DNA of 64,000 nt from a bacterium (lineage in GTDB: Bacteria > Bacillota_I > Bacilli_A > RF39 > UBA660), in contig CAVIUA010000003.1 in the NCBI GenBank assembly GCA_963645945.1, positions 149 to 64,148 of the forward strand, given 5' to 3'. Both the position numbers and the translations under genes were made by a program. This document shows, one piece after another, positions 1-9,877 of this stretch (position 1 is its first letter; the number at the start of each line of letters is the position of its first letter). The notes under the pieces were generated by a model. That model was not told where the DNA came from and did not search any database. It saw only the letters and a program-made list of their open reading frames with translations.

Positions 1-123
1 GATTACTTTTTACAAGATGTCAAAATCTATAGGATTTATTTTTTTGTTTGTAATAATATATTTGGAAGCTTAAGTTGAATAAGTGTCTACCTAATTTCTT
101 TTTTAGAAAGGAGGTTTGATGGA

Positions 124-216
124 ATGAAAACAAGAACCTTTGTTATAAAGTTTTTACACTCTCTTTCTATCATTTTATTTCTTTTAATCATATTGATTAT
201 TGTAATAAAAAAATGA
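124..216 (+). CDS. possible 30-aa hydrophobic small peptide (MKTRTFVIKFLHSLSIILFLLIILIIVIKK)
   Basis: ATG at 124 lies 9 nt downstream of GGAGG (110-114). The peptide has one predicted TM helix. An imperfect hairpin follows at ~215-242. It is below the ORF-track size cutoff. Confidence 0.25.
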   Translation: MKTRTFVIKFLHSLSIILFLLIILIIVIKK

Positions 217-359
217 CACTTAATTCTTAGGAATTAAATGTCTTATCAACAAAACGGTAGACATTCAATTTTCGAGTCAACTGAATGCTTCCTTTTTTTA
301 TCAAGTTTCCTTGACAAGTTAAATATATCATAAAATTTATATTTCTTCAATCATTTATT

Positions 360-1520
360 TTAATTGAAAAGTACTTTTTCTGACTTAAATTGTCTTACAA
401 TTATTTTTATAATGATAATTGAAATTACAATTGATGAGGCTAAACAAACAATAACATTATAGTAATTGACCTTAACTGTAAAAATATCCATTAATAGTTG
501 AACATGTGACAATATTGGTATCATATAATATATTTTACTTATTATTTCAACATTTAACATAGATATAAACATTGGTACTAAAGTAATAAATGTTAAAATT
601 TGACTGGCTATTTGAGCTTCTTTATAGCTTTTTGTATTAGCTGTTAAGGCTATAGCTAAACCAGATATTAGAAGCGATGACGCTATACATATTATAATTC
701 CTATTATGATATTTTCTGATGTAAAAAATAAACTTATGTCTTCATAAACCTTATATTTTCCTTTTGCGATTATCAAACTTCCAATAGTTATAATGTAGCC
801 AAACAAAGATGAGAACAGACTCATTATTGATGTTGCAAGATACTTGCCAGTAATTAATTCTTTACTAGTTACCGGGAATGTTAAAATTGTTTCCAATGTA
901 CCTTGCTCTTTTTCGACGGCTGTTGCACTGGTTGCGGTAGTAGATGCAGCCATAGATGCAGCAATAATTATATAAGTAAAGGCAATAGAAAGAATTGTTT
1001 CTAGTAGATAGTTTTCTCCTTCTATGTACTTTGTTTCAATAGAAAAATTATTATATACTTCTTCTGGATCAATATCTTTATTTATTAAATATTCATCACC
1101 TATATAGTTATTATACTGACTTAAATAAGCAGTTACATATTCAACAGAAGACATACCATCCATTCCTTCATCAGAGTATATTGTATACTTATTTTCTTTT
1201 TCATCATAATAGACATAAGTCGATACATCATGATTTTTAAAGGCTTCTTCCATACTTTTTAAGTCTGAATATTTTTTAATTTTTAATTGATTTTCTTTTA
1301 TTAGTTTGGTTTCTATTTCATTAGGTTCATAGTTTATAGCAACAGTATAAATTGTTTTATCATTAACACTATTTTCATATGTACTTGATAAATAAAAGAC
1401 AAAGAATGCAATTAGTAAAGGAAATAGAAAAATTAAAACAACAGTTTTTTTGTCACGAAATATTGATCTTAATTCTTTTTTAATAGTAATTTTAATATTA
1501 TTTTTATTCATAGTTATCAC
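360..1520 (-). CDS. ABC-2 type transporter permease (NatB-like)
   Basis: 386 aa with an N-terminal TM, a large extracytoplasmic loop and a C-terminal cluster of TM helices. It overlaps and is translationally coupled to the upstream ABC ATPase gene. Confidence 0.75.
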   Translation of the reverse strand: MITMNKNNIKITIKKELRSIFRDKKTVVLIFLFPLLIAFFVFYLSSTYENSVNDKTIYTVAINYEPNEIETKLIKENQLKIKKYSDLKSMEEAFKNHDVSTYVYYDEKENKYTIYSDEGMDGMSSVEYVTAYLSQYNNYIGDEYLINKDIDPEEVYNNFSIETKYIEGENYLLETILSIAFTYIIIAASMAASTTATSATAVEKEQGTLETILTFPVTSKELITGKYLATSIMSLFSSLFGYIITIGSLIIAKGKYKVYEDISLFFTSENIIIGIIICIASSLLISGLAIALTANTKSYKEAQIASQILTFITLVPMFISMLNVEIISKIYYMIPILSHVQLLMDIFTVKVNYYNVIVCLASSIVISIIIIKIIVRQFKSEKVLFN

Positions 1521-2256
1521 CTACTAAAGCAAAAAAGCTATCTCTTAAATTAGTTGTTTTGGTTTTCTTAAATATTTCTTCTTTACTACCCTCTATAATT
1601 TTTTTTCCTTTATTTATCATGACTATTTTATCACAAATATTTTCTGCCTCTTCCATATAATGAGTTGAATATAAAATACATTTATTTTCTTTTTTCATTT
1701 CTTTAATAAAGTCTATTATTGTTTTACTAGATATGACATCTAGTCCCGATGTTGGTTCATCTAAAATATAGTATTTTGGATCATGAATTAGACATCTTGA
1801 AATACTAGTTCTTTGATATTGACCTGTAGAAAGCGTTCCTATTCTTTGATGAAGAAAAGATTTCATATTAAATTTATTACTAATTTCCTCTATCTTTTTT
1901 TTATATTCTTTTTTAGATAGACCATAGTATGAAGCAGTCATTTCTAATAATTCATATGGCGAAATATCTTTATATAATTTTGTATTACCAGATAGATAGG
2001 CTATTTCTTTTTTTATTGTGATAGAGTCCTTTTTGTATGTTTTATCATCTATTGTAACAGTTCCTTTACTAGGTTCCATGATACCAGCAATTATTCTTAG
2101 TAATGTTGTTTTACCGGCACCATTTGGTCCTAGAATTCCTACTACTTCTCCGGACTTTGCGGTAAAAGAAATATTATCATCAGCTAAAAAAGTAACAGTT
2201 TCTTTTTCTGATGTTTTCTTGGTGAATTCTTTAGTAATATTTTCTACTTTTAACAT
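1504..2256 (-). CDS. ABC transporter ATP-binding protein (NatA-like)
   Basis: Walker A GPNGAGKTT, signature LSTGQ, Walker B ILDEPTSGLD. Confidence 0.9.
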   Translation of the reverse strand: MLKVENITKEFTKKTSEKETVTFLADDNISFTAKSGEVVGILGPNGAGKTTLLRIIAGIMEPSKGTVTIDDKTYKKDSITIKKEIAYLSGNTKLYKDISPYELLEMTASYYGLSKKEYKKKIEEISNKFNMKSFLHQRIGTLSTGQYQRTSISRCLIHDPKYYILDEPTSGLDVISSKTIIDFIKEMKKENKCILYSTHYMEEAENICDKIVMINKGKKIIEGSKEEIFKKTKTTNLRDSFFALVGDNYE

Positions 2257-2267
2257 AGGTTTCTCCT

Positions 2268-2780
2268 TTAATTCATTTTTATTAAAATCCAGTCATAGTC
2301 TTTTAAATTATATACTGACCTGCAATATGGACATATTCCGGTATTATTAGAATCTATACTTGCGCCACAGTTTGGACACTCTTTTATAATTCCTATTTCT
2401 TTAGCGCCTTTTATTTTACTGAATGTTAAATAGTGTTCTTTTTCTACACGTTCTGTATTTATGCCAGATACATATTTTCCTGTTGTTTTGTCTACTTGAT
2501 AATCCATATATCTAGACGTTAATAGTACGGTTATTTCATAATGATCTTCTTTTTCATATTGATCTTTTATTACTATATTTTTTACGTTTAATTCATCATA
2601 CATTTGACGTAAATTTTTACTGTTTAATTCTTCTGTAATTTTTAATAGTTGTTCCTTAACACTTGGACTAATTTTATGTTCTACTCTTTTAATATTATCA
2701 GTCATAATAGCTGTTAAAATCATAATATAAGTATTACTTACTTTACTTAAAAATTCTGTTTCATTAAATGTTTCATCCAT
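2268..2780 (-). CDS. Tim44-like domain protein with C-terminal zinc ribbon
   Basis: 170 aa with a CPNCG...CPYC zinc ribbon at the C-terminus. The preceding region resembles Tim44-like/SnoaL-fold domains (from memory). It is paralogous to the C-terminal halves of the next two genes. Confidence 0.55.
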   Translation of the reverse strand: MDETFNETEFLSKVSNTYIMILTAIMTDNIKRVEHKISPSVKEQLLKITEELNSKNLRQMYDELNVKNIVIKDQYEKEDHYEITVLLTSRYMDYQVDKTTGKYVSGINTERVEKEHYLTFSKIKGAKEIGIIKECPNCGASIDSNNTGICPYCRSVYNLKDYDWILIKMN

Positions 2781-2810
2781 TTTTATCTCTCCTTGTATGT
2801 ATTATATTTA

Positions 2811-3746
2811 TTATACTGTACTTCTTTTTCTTGCTAGAAGCCATTCATCTGACTCTTTAGTTATTTTAGACCTACAGAATTCGCAAGTATCAGCACCCTT
2901 TTTTATTTCAGCTCCACAATTTGGACATTTTGTAATGGTATTTTTTTTATCATTTCTTACAAATACCATTAAGTAGTATACAGATATTTTTTCATCCCTT
3001 TTACCAAAGACAATTTCTTTTGTCTTTTCATCTATAATATAATCACAAAATTTAACATTCATTTGCATAGTTAAAATTGTTTGATCCTCTATTTTTTGTA
3101 TTTCTACAACTCTACCATTTACAAAAGTAAAATCTTTCATAATTTTCTTTTGATGTTTTTTTTCTATCATCTCTAGTTGCATACAATATTGATTATACAT
3201 TTCATCAGTTGTTTTAGCGTTTATAGCGTCATAATCAAAATTCATTCTAGCATTTTGTATCGTTATGTAATCTTGAAAACGATCTAAGAGGAATTGTTCT
3301 TCTGTTTCATCTTGAATATACTTAGAAAATAACTTTGGATTTAGACTTAATTTAGGATCATATTTTCGATTTTCAAACGACCCTGCTAAACGAAGGCTTC
3401 TCCATTTTGCTTCTTTCTTGGCGGCATATTTTTTTATAGGTATCAGAAGTACTAGTAAAACAAAAGTTATTATATAAGGATAAAAATCTTCCTTTGATAG
3501 ATCAATAGAGTACGTATTAGATTTGTCGTTTTTAGAAGTATCTTTTTTCTCTATAGAAGGTGCTTGTGATACCTCTTCATTTCCATTTGATGTTTCAGGA
3601 TATACATCACCATCTCCAGAATTGTATTCATAAACAAAATCGTAATAAGTCGCAACATTTTTGGGATTCGTGTAGAGCCAAGCTGCCGATACAGTTAGAA
3701 CTAAAACTACTACTAGAATTATTTTTTTTAATCTTTTATTATTCAT
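2811..3746 (-). CDS. membrane-anchored Tim44-like domain protein with C-terminal zinc ribbon
   Basis: 311 aa with a signal/TM segment, a second TM, a Tim44-like region and CPNCG...CEFC. The C-terminal motif is ITKESDEWLLA. Confidence 0.55.
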   Translation of the reverse strand: MNNKRLKKIILVVVLVLTVSAAWLYTNPKNVATYYDFVYEYNSGDGDVYPETSNGNEEVSQAPSIEKKDTSKNDKSNTYSIDLSKEDFYPYIITFVLLVLLIPIKKYAAKKEAKWRSLRLAGSFENRKYDPKLSLNPKLFSKYIQDETEEQFLLDRFQDYITIQNARMNFDYDAINAKTTDEMYNQYCMQLEMIEKKHQKKIMKDFTFVNGRVVEIQKIEDQTILTMQMNVKFCDYIIDEKTKEIVFGKRDEKISVYYLMVFVRNDKKNTITKCPNCGAEIKKGADTCEFCRSKITKESDEWLLARKRSTV

Positions 3747-3776
3747 AACGTTTTCTACTCCTTATTATAAGTTTAA

Positions 3777-4650
3777 TTATAGTTGACTTAGACATTCTTT
3801 TTCTGCTAGAAGCCATTCTTCTGATTCTTTAGTTATTTTTGTTTTGCAAAATTTGCAAACGTTTGTACTTGTCTTTTTTAATTCTGCTCCACAGTTTGGA
3901 CAATGCGTTTGTTGTTCCTTTTTATCATCCTTTACAAATACCATACGATAATGCATACATATTTTTTTGCTATCTGTTCCTCTAATTATGACTTGGTTAT
4001 TTTCATTTATAATGTAATCGTAAAATTTAGTTACAATTTCTACAGTTACAGTCGTTTGATTATTAACTTTGGAAACATTGGTTATCATACCATCAACATA
4101 TAAGAAATCTTTCATGACATTTTTTTTGACCTTTTGTTTTTAATGTTTCTAGTTGCATTTGATATTGATTATATAATTCATTTGTTGTTTTATTACTTAG
4201 CATGTCATACTTAAATTCCATCCAAGCATATTGAATAGCTAAATAATCTTGATAGCGATTTAAAATAAATTGTTCCATCGTTTCATCTTTTATGTACTTA
4301 GCAAATTCTTCTTCTGTAATTGCTTTCTTTTTATTTAATGATAAAGCGCTATTAGAATCACGCGATATCCAAACATATATCGTAATGTTTATAATGAAAA
4401 ACATCCAAAGCGGCGAGAGTACTAGTAATTTTTCTGTTGTTGTTAATTTTCTCCATTCATCTAAGTTATGGCGCGATGATCCAGATGAATGACTGCTACC
4501 TCCAGATGAAGAGCTGCCTCCTCCACCATAGCTAGCGTCAAATCCTGAATCAGTCGCAATATCTCTTGGATTTGCATATAGACAGGTTGCCGCTACAGAT
4601 AAGGTTAAAACTACTACTAATATTATTTTATTTAAAAAACCTTTTTTCAT
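3777..4650 (-). pseudogene. frameshifted paralog of 2811-3746 (membrane Tim44-like/zinc-ribbon protein)
   Basis: ORFs 4093-4650 and 3777-4115 align colinearly with the 311-aa neighbour (..YNQYQMQLE..KGQKK / VMKDF..CPNCG..ITKESEEWLLA). The frames change at or next to the T8/A8 run at 4120-4127. Confidence 0.7.
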
Positions 4651-4709
4651 AGATTTACTCCTCTACTATATTAATTATATCATGGAACGAAAAAAAAACT
4701 ATTATATTT

Positions 4710-5732
4710 CTATAATAGTTCTAAATAATTATGTGAACAAGATCTAATTAATCTATTCATAATAGCTAAACCTAGGCCAGTTGGTTCAACTCCTTCTATT
4801 ATAACTAGATCAACTTTGTAATCATCTACTTTACGTAAAAGTGTAAATATATTTTTTGATATTTCTTCTAGAGTTTCTCCTAAAGGTAATGTATTTTTAA
4901 AATACTTAGTATTTGAAGTTTTACATAGTACTAGACAATTTTCTTTACTTTCTAGTTCTTTTACTTTGTCTATAAATTTATTATTATCCTTACTATATAT
5001 TAGTAAACACTTTGAGTCTGGAGCATAATGTTTATATTTCATTCCTGGTGAAAGTACTTTTTCGTTTTCTTTTATTTCTCCCAAAACATGAGAATCTACT
5101 ATTACAGGTGCAATATTTTCTAAATCTTCTTTAGTTATTTTTCCGGGTCTTAAAATGTGAATAATATTATCTAGTACTCTTATAACGGTTGACTCTACGC
5201 CTATTTCTGTTTGGCCTGCATCAATTATATAATCAACCTTGTCATTTAACTCATTAAAGATATCTTCTATATTAGTTCCAGAAGGTCTTCCTGATATGTT
5301 TGCGGAAGGTGCCGCTATTGGAGTATTAGATAATTCTATTAAGTCATGGGCTATTTTATTATTAGGCATTCTTATTCCTACTGTATCTAAATTACCAGTT
5401 ACAATGTTAGGAACTATATCTTTTCGGTTTAAAATTAACGTTAAAGGACCTGGAAAAAACTTTTCCATTAATTTATATTCAATTTCATTGATATCTTTAG
5501 CTATTCTTTCTACCATGTCGATATTTGATACATGTAAAATTAAAGGATTATCTTGTTTTCTTCCTTTCGCAATAAAGATATTTTTAACAGCTACTTCATC
5601 TAGTCCATTCGCTCCTATTCCATAAACTGTTTCTGTTGGAAAAAGGACTAATTTACCTTGTTTTATATATTCAGCAGCTTCTTTAATACTTTCTTTCTGA
5701 TAGTTACTTTTACAGTCTAGATACTTAGCCAT
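4710..5732 (-). CDS. tsaC: L-threonylcarbamoyladenylate synthase (Sua5/YwlC/TsaC family, long form)
   Basis: 340 aa. N-terminal YrdC-like motifs (FPTETVYGIG, KGRKQDNPLILH, SANISG) plus a Sua5-type C-terminal domain. Confidence 0.85.
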   Translation of the reverse strand: MAKYLDCKSNYQKESIKEAAEYIKQGKLVLFPTETVYGIGANGLDEVAVKNIFIAKGRKQDNPLILHVSNIDMVERIAKDINEIEYKLMEKFFPGPLTLILNRKDIVPNIVTGNLDTVGIRMPNNKIAHDLIELSNTPIAAPSANISGRPSGTNIEDIFNELNDKVDYIIDAGQTEIGVESTVIRVLDNIIHILRPGKITKEDLENIAPVIVDSHVLGEIKENEKVLSPGMKYKHYAPDSKCLLIYSKDNNKFIDKVKELESKENCLVLCKTSNTKYFKNTLPLGETLEEISKNIFTLLRKVDDYKVDLVIIEGVEPTGLGLAIMNRLIRSCSHNYLELL

Positions 5733-5845
5733 ATACGTATCACCTCGGCTTATAATTATACTACTATTTTGAATATTTTCAATAAAAGAGCGTTTATTTC
5801 TAGATTAATTTATACTATTAAGTTATAATTATTTAAGGTGATATA

Positions 5846-6697
5846 ATGATAAATACATGGCAATTTTGGGTAATTATATATTTAATAGCGGGAGTTTTAT
5901 TTGCTCAAAAGTTTAAAGCTGCTAATCGTAATATGAAAAATGCTGGTTCTTTGACTATTTTGTTGGAATTATTTACAGGTATTTTTTCATTACTAATGAT
6001 TCCTGTTTTTGATATAAAAATAGATATTAATAGTAATGTTTTATTAACACTTTTGATAGTTGTTTTTATATATGCAATTACAGATAGATTAAACATTGAA
6101 GCTAGATATGGATTAGATCCTTCTACTTTTAGTATGTTAAAACAATTATCGACTGTTTTTATGATTATCTTTGGATTCATGTTTCTAAAAGAAAAATTTG
6201 TATTTAGTAAATTACTTGGTACAATATTCATCATTGGTGCTAATATTATACTTGCTTATGATAAAGGCAAATTCGCTATAAATAAATATTTTATTATGTC
6301 TTTTGTTGCTAATTTTTTATTTGCTGTAGCGATGTTAATCAATGTTGATTTATCTGATCATTTTAATTTAGCTTTTTATACTTATATTACGGTTACTATT
6401 CCTTCTATATTAATATTTATTTTTGGTAGACATAATGTTACTGATATAAAAGAAGAATTTAATTTATGTAAAAGAAAAGACTTTTTAATAGCGGCTTTTT
6501 CTTGGGCTTTAATGTTAAATGCATCTATTAGAGCTTATCAACTTGGTAGTGTTACGGTTGTTGCTTCTCTATTTGCTTTGACTGCTATTCTTAATGCTTT
6601 AGTTGAATTTATATTTAGTCATAATAAAAATAAATTTATACAAAAAGTAATTGCAGCGACATTAATAATAATTGGAGTGATTCTTGTCAATGGATAA
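5846..6697 (+). CDS. DMT/EamA-like transporter permease
   Basis: 283 aa with ~10 predicted TM helices in two halves. It is the only convincing plus-strand gene. Confidence 0.6.
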   Translation: MINTWQFWVIIYLIAGVLFAQKFKAANRNMKNAGSLTILLELFTGIFSLLMIPVFDIKIDINSNVLLTLLIVVFIYAITDRLNIEARYGLDPSTFSMLKQLSTVFMIIFGFMFLKEKFVFSKLLGTIFIIGANIILAYDKGKFAINKYFIMSFVANFLFAVAMLINVDLSDHFNLAFYTYITVTIPSILIFIFGRHNVTDIKEEFNLCKRKDFLIAAFSWALMLNASIRAYQLGSVTVVASLFALTAILNALVEFIFSHNKNKFIQKVIAATLIIIGVILVNG

Positions 6698-7001
6698 GAA
6701 TCTTTTTTTATGACATAAGAAATGTAAAAAATTTAGTTTGGTTCGATTTTAGTTTGATTTAATCTTTGTTTTTTTTTAAACTTCTTTTATTTTTATTTTT
6801 TTTGTATACAATTCTAACTATGATAATAGTTTTTTCTTCATTTATTGTGCAATAATTTAGAGAATTTTACTTTTATACATCAATATACTTTTTTAAGTTT
6901 TTTCGTTATTTGATAGACTGGTATTCCTTATGGATAATCCTTAATGTTTTTTTCTTTCTTCTCTAAGTTTTTAATTATTTTTTTGCAGAGGCGATATTTT
7001 T

Positions 7002-8084
7002 TTAGTTTTTAGAAATATTCAGGATGATTCCAATACTTGCCATACTAACAAGAAGTGATGAACCTCCATAACTAATAAATGGCAACGTTACTCCTGTTAC
7101 AGGTATCATACCAATTACTACCATTAGATTCATTAAGGACTGGAATATTATTTGAAATATCATACCAAATGATAGGTATTTTGAAAAAGAATCTTTTGCC
7201 CTTAAAGAAATTTTTATGCCTCTGTATAATATTATGGAAAATAATCCTACTACAATAAAGGCACCTACTACGCCGAATTCTTCAGCTATAATTGAGAAGA
7301 TAAAGTCAGTTTGTGGTTCAGGTAGGTAGAAATGTTTTTGGATGGAATTTAAAAAACCTGTACCAAGAAGTCCTCCTGGTCCTATTGCATATAAACTTTG
7401 TATTATCTGAAAACCTGTACCTAGTGAATCTTCCCATGGATTAATAAAAGATGTTATGCGGTCCATTCTATATGGAGCAATTACTACTAATATTGCAATA
7501 CCTATGATACCTAAAACACCTATTCCAATAAAAAATTTCATATTTACACCTGCTATAAATAATAGTGAAATTATAGACATAACTAATATTACACCAGTAC
7601 CTAAGTCTGGTTGTAACATAATTAAAAAGAAAAATAATAAAGTAATGCCAAGGATAGGAAATACACCTTGTTTATAACTCTTTAGGAACTTATTACTATT
7701 TGAAAGATATTTACTTGTAAAAATTATCAAACCGAGTTTAGCTGCCTCACTAGGTTGTATTCCAAATGGTCCTATACCAAACCAAGATCTTGAACCATTT
7801 CTAATACTACCAATGCCTGGTATTATAACAGCAATTAATAAAATTAGACAGATTATAATTATTAAATTTGCCTTTTTATAATATACTTTATAATCTATTT
7901 TAGATACTATATACATTATAACTAAACCTAGTAAAAAAAATACTAATTGATATTTTAAATAATGAAATGAATCATTAAATTTATATTCTGACCAGATACT
8001 GGAAGCAGAATATATCATAACTATACCAAAAATAGATAAAATGATTACCGCTATTAAAAATATTTTATCTATTCTTTTTTTCAT
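7002..8084 (-). CDS. FtsW/RodA/SpoVE family (SEDS) peptidoglycan polymerase
   Basis: 360 aa polytopic protein. Motifs: RSWFGIGPFGIQPSE, PEPQTDFIF, GVTLPFISYGGSS. Confidence 0.9.
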   Translation of the reverse strand: MKKRIDKIFLIAVIILSIFGIVMIYSASSIWSEYKFNDSFHYLKYQLVFFLLGLVIMYIVSKIDYKVYYKKANLIIIICLILLIAVIIPGIGSIRNGSRSWFGIGPFGIQPSEAAKLGLIIFTSKYLSNSNKFLKSYKQGVFPILGITLLFFFLIMLQPDLGTGVILVMSIISLLFIAGVNMKFFIGIGVLGIIGIAILVVIAPYRMDRITSFINPWEDSLGTGFQIIQSLYAIGPGGLLGTGFLNSIQKHFYLPEPQTDFIFSIIAEEFGVVGAFIVVGLFSIILYRGIKISLRAKDSFSKYLSFGMIFQIIFQSLMNLMVVIGMIPVTGVTLPFISYGGSSLLVSMASIGIILNISKN

Positions 8085-8150
8085 TTTATCACCTATTAAA
8101 TTATATTTTATTTAAAATTTATTATGAAAAAAAGAGACCATTTGGCCTCT

Positions 8151-9875
8151 TTAGATTATTTCATCAATATCATCTTTTACTTTTTTTTTTTTATGATTGT
8201 TTTTTTTGCTCTTGTAATAATTATTTTTTTGATGTTGATACTTATTTTTATTTTTTTTCTTAGGTGCATTTGTTTTATTGTTTTCAACTTTTACTTCATT
8301 GATAATTACAGGTATGTTTTCATTTTTTTCTTTAACAATTACTTTTTCCGATTCTGCAGGACTTGGTGTATTGTCTTTCAATTCAACATTTTTTACTTCT
8401 TCAGTAACAATGACAGGTTCAATTGTCTTATCTTGCTTAGGTGTATTTAATATTTCATCTATCGTTGGTGAAACATAAGACTTTACCTTTGGTATATTTA
8501 TTTCAATATTACTTGGTGTATCTACTATTTCAGGTATTGTTACTGCAGGTTCTTCTTTAACTTTTTCATTTACAATATCTTTTACTTCATTTACAATATC
8601 TTCATTATCTTCTTGAACTGATTCATTTATAGATAACATATCATTTAACTCATTTGATATATCTATATTTTCATTTTCTTTCTTTTTAAAGATACTTCCA
8701 ATAATAGCAAATTTTGATAATTTTTCTTCAATAGCTTGATTTTTGGCAGCTACTCTTTTAGCTTCTTGTTCTTCTACTTCTTTTCTGACAACTTTAAACT
8801 TATATAATAATTCATCAGAAATAATTATGAATGTACTTATATCATTATCTGTATCTTCACTATATAATATTGGCTTACCTGTTGAATCGTGAGCATCTAA
8901 TAATTCTTCAATTCTAGGTACTTCAATAATTTCATATTTACTTTCATCTATCTTTTCTCCAGACTTACTCGATACTATTGCTCTATCATATTCTCTTAAT
9001 ATACCTCTTACTGTTGATTTATATATATCTTTTTTACTTCTATTAGTTAAGAAATTATAAATAACTATATATAATAGTGCTAAACTTAGTATACCAACAA
9101 TTATACCTAGTACTAAAGCAACTGGTTTCTTTATTTGTGACATATAATTTCTTTCTAATGTACCAGAATTATTTATATCACTTGTATCAATACCTATATT
9201 TATTGTTTGTTCTGACATAGGTATCGCAATTACTAATTTACTTGTTTTATTAAAATCTTCTTTTAGTAGAGAACTTTTGCCTTCTACATCAATTGTAAAT
9301 GTTAATACTAATTTGCTGTTTACTGATAAGGCATATTCTTTTTTAAATGCATTTACATAATTATTATATTCATCGTAGTTAATGCTTATATCTTTATCTA
9401 CTCTAAAGCTTGATCCTGATATTTTTTCTTTTGTATCTTTTAATAAGACACTTGGTTTTTTATATAACACTTTGTTATTATCGTTTGGATCGGATATTAT
9501 TAAATCGGCTGTTACTTTATAATTATATGTATATTCCATTTTTTCTTCTGAATGCATTTCATAAGTAAATGTTGGTACTATATTTTTAATTATACTTGCA
9601 ATATATTGCATATCTTTATCTAGATATTGTTCTTGATAATAATTATTATCTTTTAAATATACTTTGTAATCTATATTACCTAATTCATTATATCCTATAT
9701 ATGATTCAGCTTTTGTATACATTGATCCTTTTAATACTAGAAATGTTAATCCTAACATAATTAATGTTGGTATTAACATATAAAATAGCCATCTCTTAGT
9801 AGTATATGGTTTAATCTCAGTAGGTTTTTTATCTAGTTTTGGATTTTTATTAGGATCCAAATTATTATTTTTCAT
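8151..9875 (-). CDS. DUF5305-like bitopic membrane protein with long Lys/Glu-rich C-terminal tail (fibre locus A)
   Basis: 574 aa with topology TM, ~210-aa ectodomain, TM, cytoplasmic domain. It is a clear paralog of 21021-22115 (DYKVYLKDNNYY..QYIAS..FTYE). The start lies 2 nt after the stop of the upstream peptidase gene. Confidence 0.6.
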   Translation of the reverse strand: MKNNNLDPNKNPKLDKKPTEIKPYTTKRWLFYMLIPTLIMLGLTFLVLKGSMYTKAESYIGYNELGNIDYKVYLKDNNYYQEQYLDKDMQYIASIIKNIVPTFTYEMHSEEKMEYTYNYKVTADLIISDPNDNNKVLYKKPSVLLKDTKEKISGSSFRVDKDISINYDEYNNYVNAFKKEYALSVNSKLVLTFTIDVEGKSSLLKEDFNKTSKLVIAIPMSEQTINIGIDTSDINNSGTLERNYMSQIKKPVALVLGIIVGILSLALLYIVIYNFLTNRSKKDIYKSTVRGILREYDRAIVSSKSGEKIDESKYEIIEVPRIEELLDAHDSTGKPILYSEDTDNDISTFIIISDELLYKFKVVRKEVEEQEAKRVAAKNQAIEEKLSKFAIIGSIFKKKENENIDISNELNDMLSINESVQEDNEDIVNEVKDIVNEKVKEEPAVTIPEIVDTPSNIEINIPKVKSYVSPTIDEILNTPKQDKTIEPVIVTEEVKNVELKDNTPSPAESEKVIVKEKNENIPVIINEVKVENNKTNAPKKKNKNKYQHQKNNYYKSKKNNHKKKKVKDDIDEII

Positions 9876-9877
9876 TA

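Noticed and set aside
2018-2350. Plus-strand ORFs lying antisense within long minus-strand genes. Examples: 2018-2350, 5239-5625, 8124-8450, 14981-15283, 25573-25971, 27883-28440, 41066-41410, 42960-43367, 51831-52148, 55756-56088, 60745-61050.
   Set aside because: Each lies entirely opposite a gene with clear family motifs. Their translations are low-complexity (F/L/I/S-rich), as expected for the reverse frame of AT-rich coding DNA. None has a convincing RBS.
6698-7001. The 300-nt AT-rich intergenic region between the convergent DMT and FtsW-family genes, checked for small RNA, tRNA or terminator structures.
   Set aside because: I found only homopolymer T/A runs. There is no stable stem-loop or tRNA-like cloverleaf that I could fold by eye.
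8151-8600. Highly repetitive Lys/Asn/Glu-rich coding DNA at the 3' end of the 574-aa gene, considered as a possible tandem repeat or CRISPR-like array.
   Set aside because: It is in frame within a continuous ORF (a low-complexity basic tail). It has no regular repeat-spacer periodicity.
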